64,000 nucleotides of DNA, from NCBI GenBank assembly GCA_028023455.1, contig JAQFVV010000002.1:27590001-27654000 (forward strand). Reading direction: 5' to 3'. The notes under the pieces were generated by a model, which did not search any database, was not told the origin of the DNA, and saw nothing but the letters and a program-made list of their open reading frames with translations. The translations under genes and the position numbers were made by a program. Origin of the DNA: Epiperipatus broadwayi (Eukaryota > Animalia > Onychophora). This document shows positions 41,401 to 53,045 of the stretch, one piece after another (positions within the stretch are counted from its first letter, which is position 1; each line of letters begins with the position of its first letter).

Positions 41401-42900
41401 GGATGGTCTAATAATAAAAATTTAGCTATATTAATAGGAAATTATAAAATTAAAGATACGAAATATATAAAGAGAGCAGTATAAAAAATTACTTGCAGGT
41501 ATGTAAAATAGTTTATTATGGACAAACATCTAAACAATTAGAACAAAGGGCAAAAGAACATGATAGTGCTATTGAAAGGAGGGATGATAGATCTGCATTA
41601 TATGTCCATTATTTAAAATTTGGACATAAAATAGATTGTATTAAAAACATAAGACCATTAAATTATATAAAGGAAATAAATAGAAGGAAAATATATGAAA
41701 CAAATTCTATAAAATATAATATAAATACATGTATGAACATTTACAAAAAGTCAATTGATTCAATGAATGATTGGGTAATGGATAAAGAATGGAAAGTAAT
41801 ATAAAGGGAAATATATAAGTAAATTGAAAGAAATAATAAATTATAGGAAATGTCGGTAGATGTCGCTATGTACATAATATACGTGTTAATATTAGTAGGA
41901 GATATTATATTGAAAAGGGTAAAAAAATTTAGAATTACCGAAAAAGATTTATATATATATATAATTATTATGTTAATGTATTTATAAATTGTTATTATAA
42001 TATAATAAAGATTTATATTATATTTTATTGATTATAAGATAAACAACATAAAGGAGTATTATTCCTTAGAATTAAGTAATGTTCATAACATCATCCTGTG
42101 GTTTAAATCTGGCCTTTGTGCATAAAACCCGATGTATAATGCAATAAAAACCCTAAATTGAATTATGTTCAACACGGTTGGCAAATAAAGTGAGAAAACT
42201 ATTTTCTTTTCCAGTCATTCTTCGAGTACCATCCGTAGTTACTGATACAATTTTGGTAACATTTCAGCGAGTATATTTGAAACTCAGTTGCAAATTATTC
42301 CTTTTGTTGTTGTTACTAATGCGGTTAAACCGATCAATTCTTCTTTGATATTATTCCCAACGAATAAAAGTAGCCAAATGAGCTGATCCATTTACGTCTG
42401 TATTTTCATCAAGATGGAGAGAAATTAAACTACAAGATTTTATATCACTTTTTTGTCGGCAAGTTATGTTGTTAACTATTTGCAACATTCTTTCTTTAAC
42501 TTTATTTCAAGCCAATGGTAAATCTTTTATTCTCTGAACAATATTTGCTTTGTTTTCAAAATCTTAAAAAAGAACTGGTGCATATTTCATCGAGTCTCTT
42601 CATATATTCTCCATCATTAAAAGATTTCTAGTGTTTGGCAATTACATTTGAAATAAAAAAACTGGCAGCAGTTATATTTGAACGATTTTCGATAAACTTC
42701 ATTATAGATATTGATTGAATATTTATATTTTAAAATGCTTGGGAAATATATATTCTTTTTGTTCACCATTAGTTTTTTCACAGAGCGATTTATGATTAGT
42801 TTCATAAAGCTGTTTTATTGATGATGTTCTCAATACATGGTGACTTTGTTAATCATTCCACACTCATCAATCCACCAATTTTAAAATTATGCAATTTTTG
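38452..42900 (-). mobile_element. Decayed hAT (Charlie/Buster/SPIN-like; GTF2IRD2-type) transposase element interrupted by a PLE foldback
   Basis: Minus-strand relic motifs in order: ASFFISNVIAKH..FNDGEYMKE, SLHLDENTDV..AHLATFIR, VSVTTDGT.RMTG, (PLE insertion), GLLTYNNLR.LR.EKVL, WLSKLMFFTDMCSQLNELNVKLQG, LSIFSSTYACESLFSEMN. TIR CAGTGGCGGCAAACC at 38452; the other TIR was not found. Confidence 0.88.
39748..42025. mobile_element. Penelope-like retrotransposon: 5'-truncated RT+GIY-YIG copy (minus, 39748-41002) joined head-to-head to an inverted copy of its 3' about 1 kb (41003-42025)
   Basis: RT motifs DIEKMYSSIP and F.Y....GWVMGCAISGLMASIF.NE.E (40707-40988). GIY-YIG VYYGQTSKQLEQRAKEH..SALYVH...GH in both arms (40047-40310 minus, 41493-41804 plus). 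Arm ends are exact reverse complements. Confidence 0.92.
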
Positions 42901-43775
42901 TTTTTTTATTTTCACTAGTCATATATTAAAAGTTAATTTAAATGAGCTTTAATAATTTTATAAATCAAAGATTATTATTCTTACATTTTACAGCAAAACT
43001 TGGGTAAGAAAAAAAAAACTCATTTGATGGCGTTGATTACGTATTTCATTCCTTTGTTCGCAATTTTGACACGCTAAAAAAATAAATGGGGTCAACATAT
43101 TTTACATCAAAAAAAGATTAGGGCAGAAAACCATTTTATTACTTTGATTTTAGATTTGAAAAATTTACTTCAAACAGTTATAAAATATTTTAGTGAGTTT
43201 ACTTTGTAGTTTTATTGGAATTATTTGACAGGTTTATAGAATATGATACAACAATATACTAGTACCACTTTATTCGACCTAAAATATCATTCCCATCTAC
43301 ATATGTATAAGTTCTTTTCAAATTTTAATCAAGAGTTCAATTGTAAATTGGGTAGTTGTTTTATAGACATCCATGCCAAGAGATGGCGTTGTTTTTCTTG
43401 AAAAAATATAACTTACATTTCCAGGCCTTTTTTTAAAATTTGAATTTTTTGTTTTTGACTTTTTTTTTTTTTTATTTAAAAATAAATTGAACACAAATTT
43501 TATTTTTTTGTAAACATTTATTTTTATTAACATCAACAAATAATAAATAAATAAAAAATAAAATCAACATATTGTAAAATTTCTATGGTATATTGTAACA
43601 TACTGTATTTAACAGTTATCCTCCAAAGAATCTATATCACAAATAATGCATAACACTATTTTGTAAAATGTAAATACTAAAAAAGCTTGCCGTAAAAATA
43701 TATTGAAAACATAAATGATTAAAAAGTTGAATTACTAGAGTAAGATGGAGGATAGAGAAAGTTGAAAGAATAGAA

Positions 43776-43822
43776 TAAGATCTGATGAAGACTGCATGGT
43801 ACAGTCGAAACTGTAATCATTA
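43776..43822 (+). ncRNA. Solo minimal type-I hammerhead ribozyme (PLE pLTR remnant)
   Basis: AAGAT CTGATGA A GACTG CATGGTA CAGTC GAAA CTGTA ATC, followed by AATAAA at 43822. Intact core and perfect 5-bp stem II. Confidence 0.75.
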
Positions 43823-46800
43823 ATAAAAGTTTTTTTGCTGAAAAGTGAAACATGTAAGATTTTTGAAATTCAATATTATAAATGATTATTCCAAAAGATA
43901 TTCTTTATTTATTTTGATCACAAGGCTAAAGGGCTTAGTTGTAACAAATAGATTTATATCTTATCCAAAAATTATTAAGAGTTTTGAAGTTTTCGAATTT
44001 ATAAATCATTGTATTAAAATTGTAAATTTAATTTGGTAAATCAACTTGCAAAAAATTTAATTTAGATTTCAGTAGAAAATGAAGAGCAATACAGAGATAT
44101 TTTGTAATATATCAATATCTAAAAATTTAACGATTTGCTCTAAATAAAAATATTTTTGCTGTCAAAAAAAAAAAAAAAGTAAATATGATTATCAAATTAA
44201 ATACTGGATAGATGATGGAAAAGATTTTTTTAGTTTTTGATAATTTTATAACTTTTTAAAGACTTGAATTTATAATTACAAGCATATATATTATATATGA
44301 ATATTAAATTCTCTATGTCAAAAATAGATTACAGTAACTAGGCAATACTTGATCTTATTATCCCCTTAACATGGATTATTTCAGCATTTCAAATTCAAAG
44401 CTAAATCACAAAATGGACAACCAGAAATTTTTTATTAGCATCAATTTTTAGGAGTTAAAATTTAATATAAAAATCTCATAATTATTAATTTTAACACATT
44501 TTTGTATGCAAGGTTGCATTCCACATTCTATGTATTTATGATGAAAACTTAAGAAATAAATTTACCGATTGGTTTCCCTGTTTTTTTTTTCTTTACTGAA
44601 ATCTATTTTTAATCATGTATTGCTACTAAATTTATACCAATCATTTTAGAATTAATTCATATTTCCTCCATTTTTAATATCTGATGTTCAAATCAATTAT
44701 ATAATTTATGAATATTTATTTGTGTTTTTTAAAAATTTTTTGTTAAAAATGTGTATGTATTAAAGTACTCATTACACTGGGTTTTTTTAAAATATGTATG
44801 TATTCAATATCAGATAAAATGTAGCTCAAGTAATCAGTATTAGCTTCATAATAAAATATGGCAATCATGAATCCCCCCCCCCCGCCAATAATTTTGTCTA
44901 AATCATATGAGGTGCTGAATATATTATTTATGTATATAATTAAAAAGTTTTTTTCCTAGTGATTTTTGTAATTAGATTTATTCCCTACAAAATCTTTTAA
45001 GCTGGATACAGTGTTATCAAGAATTAAATTATCCAACGTTTATATAATTTTCATATTCTGGAAATGCCAACAACTTTATATGAATAGTTTTTACATTATT
45101 AGTTAAAGCTATGGTGTAATTACTGTATCCTCTTAGAAATCCAATCAAATATTTTGTTTTAAAAATTATATATACTCCTCCCATATTTATCAATACTTTG
45201 CAATAAACAATAAATACAAAAATAAGTATACAGAAAACAAGCCAACCATGACTATTCATGTGCTTTATTAAGCACAACTAACATTTTGTTTTATTTACAT
45301 AATTTATCTATCACTATGATAAATTTGAAAAAATATATGTGTTATATAAGAATATACATTATAATAGCCTTCCCCCAACCATTTATGAAATTAAATATAT
45401 ATATTAAATAAAAAATTAGAAATTAGTAATTGGAAATTTTATAATTTTCTATTTTTTAATTCACAGTGCATATACAATATGTACACACACTATATAAATA
45501 ATCGAATGATTTATTGCATGGGAGTGGATAAAAAATTCAAGAACCATAAATTACAAAATTAGACATGATCCAAACACCTTAAACTTCATCACCGCACTAA
45601 ATTGCACAGGACACAATTATCGAATTACTAATATTTTAACAGTAAGAAATGCTTTATAAAAATAATTAATAATGGATCTTATAATGTTTATTATACTATT
45701 ACGCAATTTCATAAACAGATTTCTTTTTTCCTTCTTTCTTTGTTTTATCAAAAAGCTTGAATATAAAGTGTAAATAATAATAATAAAAAAAAATTAACAT
45801 TTTATGACAAAAATATTTAATCAATAGCAAATTCAATAAAAAATCATCAATAAAAATTTTAATTTTTTTAAAGTTTTCTGATGAAAAAGATTATACTGGG
45901 CTAAAATATTAGTATTATATCTTGTACTAGCAGATATATATTTCAATAATTAATTTTGCTAAATGAAATTTTTTTTTTATTGGAAAATTTTGACTTTGCT
46001 TGGGACAAGTATTTCCAAAAAATTACAGCCATACTTTAACATTGCCCATTTCTAGAAAAAGATTGACATTATAAATTTTAATGTATATATTTTCCATATT
46101 GCTTATGGCATTCAATTATCTTTAAGTACCAATATTTTGAACAACCGATAAAATCACAGAAATGAAATTCCTCACACTATTAAAGATGAAAACAACCAGT
46201 ACTATTTATGGTGAATGTGTAAAACTATTACTAATTTTTTTCACAGTTTATCAATTTCACTGCTTTCACAAATATTTAATCCTAGATAAAAATTTTTAAT
46301 TATATTTATGTTTAGCTTTTAATTAAATAAGCTTCTTTTACTAATATTCTGCAATAATGAACAATTTTTGTTTGAGCATTATTATTTTGTAAAAAACAAA
46401 TCAACAGATATTGATCACAGAGCATGAATATAAATAAACAATATCATGGCCTTCATTAACATGTCCAATTTTTAAAATAGATTAGCAGAGAATATATACT
46501 GATTATATGAAATGAAATAAATAATTTATCTTTTAAATAGAATAACATTTTAATATATTTATATACAAGATAGCCATTAAGTCCAGGATCCAAAGGAAAT
46601 TAAACACAAGTCACTTTGCCCAAGTTACCTAGCATCAATATATCAATATGATCCCAAGCATACTGATATAGCACAATCACAGAATTTCATCTGCAAGACA
46701 GAATCATCTTCATGTAATTCTATCAAAGCTGAAGTTATTATATGGATGTAATTTGAGTTTCAGTGAATAATCAGCAGAGATCTTTAGGATATCTACAAGA

Positions 46801-47744
46801 AAAGCGGTCATCATAAAGTTAATTACATAGTTTATTTTGTGTAGATATTGTTTCTCTAACCATTGCAAAAAGACAATTTTATTTATTAGATTTATGATCT
46901 ATATACATTCTATTAAATTATACATTAATTTTTTTTTTGATTTCTTATAAGTTTATTTATTAGAATTGATTGGATTTGTTCTCCCTTGCTAAGATTCATC
47001 AAGTTTTGTAAATATATATATGTATATAAACTATATTAATCCTATGATGCTGGACTTATGGCACACACTACATTTATTAAATTTCATTACTATATTTTTA
47101 TGAATAATTACAATTATAAATATCAGTACAATTGTTTCTGATTAGCTCATAGTACTTACAAATTCATATATTTTCAGAGAATGTCAATTTGTGACTATAT
47201 GTAGACAAATTTATAGAAAAATTTTTTTCTTTCTGAATTTAAATTTTCAAAATTATATTTTAAATCAGCATATCATTAAAAAACTATTCTATTTTTTCAT
47301 TAAATAATTTTCAGTTAAAAATCTGGATAATTTATGTAATCTCTCTTCAGTTATACATTAAGTATTCAGCTAAATGATATTGAAAAAAAAAAAAAAAGTA
47401 ATAATCTAATCACCCATACGCACCATTTCAAAACAGCAACAAGCACGCATATCACAAACTAAACATATTTTGTTTATTTCAAAGCCAATTACCCTTAGAT
47501 ACTTGATAACAAAATAATATATAGGCAATTATATTTCATGATTTTTTAGTCTACAAACAATAGTTATAAATTAAAAATTGTTAGCACACACACATACATA
47601 TTTAAACAATGCTGGGAGAACATAAAAACAAAATGAATTTGATCAATATAAACTACAATGTTTCAAGACCAAAGAGAGAAATAAAATAAAAATATACTTA
47701 CTACAAAAAAATATACTAAAACGTTCATTTTTTTTAAAACTTAC

Positions 47745-47895
47745 CCCACTCCGTTCCATCTCCTTGACTTCTTGCTTCTCCAGCACCCTCACTGCCATCA
47801 GGGCCTAAGAAATCAAATTCTGCTAACGCTTCTTCTGTATCAGCATCTCCTAAAATATCATCCATCCCTGCCATACTTTCATTACCTAAAATTAC
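47745..47895 (-). CDS. STRN3: Striatin-3/Cka-like, internal coding exon (151 nt, phase 0/1): VILGNESMAGMDDILGDADTEEALAEFDFLGPDGSEGAGEARSQGDGTEW
   Basis: Matches STRN3 DPDTEEALKEFDFLV..DGEGAGEARSSGDGTEW. Acceptor tatacacag|GTA, donor TGG G|gtaagt. Confidence 0.95.
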
Positions 47896-48063
47896 CTGTG
47901 TATAAATCAGTATATTAATTTTATTGTGAAAAATCCACATGATGGAAATATTTATACATACATCCTCAGTTTTCCAAAAAGCTTCAAAAATAATTAGAAT
48001 TCATTAAATATTGATAATCAAAATATTGTAGCGAAAACTATGTTTTATTACCATTTTGGTAGT

Positions 48064-48791
48064 TATGCCCAATGTGCCGCTTGATGGCATTGTTTCTCTG
48101 CAAAAGCACAAAAATATGCCGTCTACATGGCCCAACTTACAGCCTATAGAACAGTTCTGTTCATAGTAGCTGTTAACAGGCCTAGATGGTGTTGCACACT
48201 GTGCTTTGCGTCACTATGAAAATAGCGCTCACTTCACAGATCGATGTGAGGGTGTTTGGAATTCAACTGGCCATATGTGTTTTTATGTGCATTGGAAGTA
48301 ACGATCTTACACCTTACCTGACGTACTGTTACATACTAATAATTGTAAGCCTGTCACGCGTTTCCCTACACATCTTGGAAGGGGAAAACAATTGCAAAAG
48401 GGTATGTCCCAGAACCATTCCACATAAATCACGTGAAAAGGCATATTTGCGGGAAAACAGCTATGAATATAATAAAATGGCTGTCGTTGTATGTTGTTTT
48501 GGAAATCACAATCTTTGTTTTCTCAGACTAGTGCAGGTATTGGCCAATCCTTTGGATCGTCAAAACCATGGTCTCCCCTCACATTTCGGCAAAACCATGG
48601 GCCCCCCGCACATTTCGGCACTATGCGCTGAAAGCTTGGTTTAACCAGACTAGTACATGTATTGGCCGATCCTTTGGATCGTCAAAACCATCAGAGACCC
48701 CCCCCCGGCACATTCCAGCGCTATGCGCTGAAAAGTATGATTTACATGTTGGAGAACAGAAAGCAAAAAATTATCGGCCACATTGGGCGTA
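48064..48791. mobile_element. GC-rich non-autonomous TIR element with subterminal 122-bp-period repeats (possibly CMC/EnSpm-like)
   Basis: TIRs TATGCCCAATGTGCCG / CGGCCACATTGGGCGTA flanked by AGT on both sides. Repeats cagactagt..tattggcc.atcctttggatcgtcaaaaccat at 48524 and 48646. The listed 152-aa and 74-aa ORFs here have no recognisable motif. Confidence 0.72.
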
Positions 48792-49994
48792 AGTCATAAA
48801 AACCACCATTTTTAATAATAAAAAAATTCATGAATACAACTGCAAGTATTGAGTAAATATATAACTAAATATAATGTTTGGAGATAAATGTATATAACCA
48901 AACTAATTTTCAATACTCCTAATGAGTTCCAATCTTTTATAAGCTCCAATAAAAAAAGATATGTGATGTCTCTTGCTATATATATATTTCAAAACAATTT
49001 TTGATCGTCAGATAATTATATTTAAATACCGAATCTTTTTTGTAAAAGTGATGATTTTTTTACTCAAATACTGCAATTGCCAACTTCTCGATATTAAAGG
49101 TTGAATATATTCGCAATCAAATACACACAGTATTAAATCTTTTAATGCAATTTTTTAAACATCTCCCAATCATATTATTTAAATAAAAAGTAGGACTGTT
49201 ATTTCTGGTGGAAAAATTTAGATTTTTAAATCACCTGCTGATTAAATATTCTGAGCATGAGAAGTCAATTCTTTTTCAATGATCAAAAGATTATTAGACT
49301 TTGGAACTCATATAGGAAGCAATGAATAAATAATTAGTTAAATATATATACACATGTGCACACATGCATATATAACATATAGTTTTCTTAAAATTTTTGT
49401 GAAAAATATTCTGTACATTCATGTAAGCTATATAAAATTCAATATAAATAATTTAAATGAGGGGGAAAAAGAAAAAAATCTTTACTTGTTTCTCTTTTGA
49501 TTTCAATGCTTTATTTTCACAATACATAAAATCTAAGACAATATTTGATTAATAAAAACTTTCATATTGCTCATGAGAATGCTTAGAACACTTTTGAAAA
49601 TATGAAAAATACAAAATGCACTTTAGTAAATGCTATAATTGATCTAAATTATCATTATCAAGAATTATTAAAAACTACAACAAAAGAATATTGATTTATC
49701 AGATAATTGAAAATATCAAATATTTGTATTATAACAAACAAGTTGCATTAAAACTAAAACAGTGGTTTAATTTTAAAAAAAAGGCACAGAAATATCACTT
49801 ATTAAAAACTCGGGGAACCAAAATATATAGATATTAAGTAAGTTTCAAGTCAATATAACTATACAGATAATTTGATTGATATTCAAAACATTAGGGTGTT
49901 TGAATTTAAGCTGACAGCCTGATAATAATAATAAAAAAAATAGACTGCTGGAGAAAACGTGCATGAGATAAAAAAAAAAAATCCAGATGGACCC

Positions 49995-50150
49995 AAAACT
50001 TCTTAATGATGAAATTCGTAGGTTAGAAACTAGTCTGAGGATATGGACAGGACAGTACTGGAAGGGAATTATTAAATACTATTACCTGGATCTAATCTTC
50101 ACTCAAAATTACACAAGGTGGCAGAATTGGATTAGCAGAAATAAATGTTA
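49995..50150 (+). mobile_element. Degenerate solo hammerhead-bearing fragment related to the 10.4-kb family
   Basis: ATGATGA AATTCGTAGGTTA GAAA CTAGTC TGAGG at 50006-50040: same A-GAAACTAGTC-TG(A/G)GG signature, core C3 mutated. Confidence 0.6.
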
Positions 50151-52319
50151 CATAAATGCAATACCCAGATAAGAGATCATGTGATGTCTTTTGGTTATCT
50201 AATATTATGAATGAACTTTTATAAAGTCAGCTAATAACTATCAACTAAATTCTTACATAACAAAGGAATCTGATTCTAAAGATATTCTTTAATACATTAT
50301 TTATCTTGGAAGACAATTTATCAAAAATTAACTGATTTACTGGAATGATCCAAAAATTTGATTAAAGCAATCAAAAGAAGTGAATACAACTTTTTACACA
50401 AGTCAAGTTACAACAATGATGATCTCAATTTATCAAGTAGTCATGACAACTTATATGCAAAACAATTAGTTATCAAATATAATGGAGCATCCGATAAACA
50501 AAGTTTTTTTTTCCTGAGATTATACAATAGTTTATAATTACGAACTAAAAATATCAAATATTACCTTCCTTTCCAGATCAAGTTTACATAAAATATTAAA
50601 TACCTAAGTGACTTTAAAACTAAATACTGAAAGCTCTTGGTAATTACAATTAGGAGGTTCGAAGAAAAAAACACAAATAGAAACTTTATGAAAGAAGGCT
50701 AAATTTCCCAAGAAATAATGAGAATATCTAATTTTGCATATTGACATAAAAAAACACTTAGTGCATGTAAATAAATATTATATTTTACTGTATAGATATT
50801 TATTTAGAAGCATAAAATAAACAAAAAATATAAAAATAAACAAAATTATACAAATAAAAAATATCACTGTTCAAAAGATATTTATTCAATGAGAAGAGTT
50901 TGCTTGAGATTCCCAGTTATCTTCATTACCAAGTTCCTTTTTTAAAAGTCTTTTGCATTTTCAAATTTGGCAGATCAGTCAAAATCGACCATTTTCAAAA
51001 ATAATTAAAATCAATAATCACCTCTACATTTGTCTGAATTAGTTTCACTATTTTCCTCAATTGTTAATGATAAAATATGTGATTTACAGCATCTGTTAGA
51101 CAATACTAACAAATACTAATAATTTCTTGGTCCAACATGAAGATATAGTGTATCACAAGCATGATACATTCCTACTATTATACAGATTATCAAAGACCAT
51201 GCTTTAAAATATTCTTTTTCTATTTACTTATTTATGGGAGAAAATTATATTCAAATCTGTCAAATACACACCATATTCCAGGTTTTTTAAAAAAAGTTTA
51301 TAAACACAAGTAACAACAATTTGGCAATAATTTTTAATTTTAGAAACAATAATGGTTTCAATTTTTTAATTGCAGTATTCACTACTACCACCAAGTAAAA
51401 ATATGCAAGTCTTTATGTTTTAAAACCAAGAGCACTTAAGAACGATCACGAGATCAAGCTTACTTTTTTAAAATTCAACTTAGTGTATGCTGAAACATTT
51501 TTGTCCCTAAAACATTTTTTTTTTTTTTAATATTTTCACGTTAAAAGTATTTTATTCACAAAAAGAAATTATATTCTTAATCTTTATTTGTAGGTGTTAG
51601 ATATGTACAATTGTTAGAAACTTTTTTGATGCAGTTAGCTATATTTGTCAAGATATACAAACAAATATATGCTTTAGATTACATAATTTACTAGTAACAT
51701 ATTATTTTCAATATCACAGATAATTGGGAATTCATGTTAAATACAGCAATTATAACATCTTCGTAAAAAAAAAAAAAAAAAAAAGTTCAAGTATCCTTAA
51801 TCCGATGACTGTGTAATCAAATTAAATTATTTCTATTACTATTAAAAATATATATAAATGCAAAAACTGCCTTCTTATACTATCTCAAACAAGGATACAA
51901 AAAAAAAAATCAGTTAATTTTAAAAAAAATATTTTAATCCTATTTAGCTGAATGGAAATAAATTTTTTCACAATGAAAAAAATTACCATGGAAGTACTTA
52001 AATAAAATTTAAACAGATTTTTAATTTTTTGTATGAATGACAAGATTTTCTTGATATCAGATTATAGTTAATTTGTTAGATATTTTGTTTTAAAAAAATT
52101 ATACAAATTTTCCTAATCATTTATTACAAGCATAATATATGAAGTAGATTTTAAAAACATATATAAAAAAGATAGTAATTGTCTAGCAATGCTCTGTCAA
52201 TGTTTTGGATATGCGGCTTTAAATGAAATACCACATTGTTATGTATCCACTCAGTCATGTGCAATCTTGCATATAAATTTCACATATACACAAACACACT
52301 GGGGAAAGATTGTACATAC

Positions 52320-52404
52320 CTTTGGTTTAGATTTTATCCTTTTATTTTCAATTCGTTCATCAGCCTCATCATCCCCTGATACACTCTCTTCCATTTCACC
52401 ATCA
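52320..52404 (-). CDS. STRN3: Striatin-3/Cka-like, internal coding exon (85 nt, phase 2/0): DGEMEESVSGDDEADERIENKRIKSKPK
   Basis: Acceptor ttaattttag|T and donor AAG|gtatgt. Its phases exactly bridge the 59817 exon (phase 2) and the 47895 exon (phase 0). Purine-rich acidic linker peptide. Confidence 0.8.
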
Positions 52405-52571
52405 CTAAAATTAAGATTAATTGAAATTTAATATTTAATCAAATTTGTGTTAATTTTTATAATACTTTCTTTTTTCTTCCTTATTAATAACTTTATATTT
52501 TAACATCATCAATAAAATGAAATTGTAAAAAAATGCTTTATTTAAAAAAAAATAAAATCATAAAATTTCTT

Positions 52572-53045
52572 AAGAAAGGGATTCTCTCTTTTCTTCATAG
52601 CGTAAGCATGTGTTTTAAAGACCTACAGAGGTCCCTAGTGACGATTTTTTCAGACGCTCATTGCTAAGGTTTACAGCCTTGTTAAAACTATTACTGAAAT
52701 AATAGTGAGCGTTTAATAAAATTTATAATTACAACTTTAAATTATCGTAATATATTTCTTACTATAAGATCTTTTCATTAACTCGTAGTAAATCGTAAGA
52801 TTTCGCGAGTATTAATATATTATAAGAATTGTGGACTTAATTAGTGAAGTATTTAATAGCTTCACACTCTTAGATCAAAACACTTCTGCTTCACCTATTT
52901 ATATATAAAAGTAGGTCGAAGTAAAGAAAGGGATTCTCTCTTTTCTTCATAGCGTAAGCATGTGTTTTAAAGACCTACAGAGGTCCCTAGTGACGATTTT
53001 TTCAGACGCTCATTGCTAAGGTTTACAGCCTTGTTAAAACTATTA
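52572..53045. mobile_element. Structured element: two identical 122-bp direct repeats, period 352 bp
   Basis: 52572-52693 is identical to 52924-53045. The flank after it (aagaaaggattct, 53045-53057) resembles the repeat start. Many short hairpins. Confidence 0.8.

Noticed and set aside
52340-52370. CTGATGA...GAAA on the minus strand
   Set aside because: It lies inside a striatin coding exon (ADERIE) and has no stem II pairing; coincidence.
52572-53045. TRIM/LTR retrotransposon interpretation of the 122-bp direct repeats
   Set aside because: No TG...CA termini, primer-binding site, polypurine tract or 4-6-bp TSD visible.
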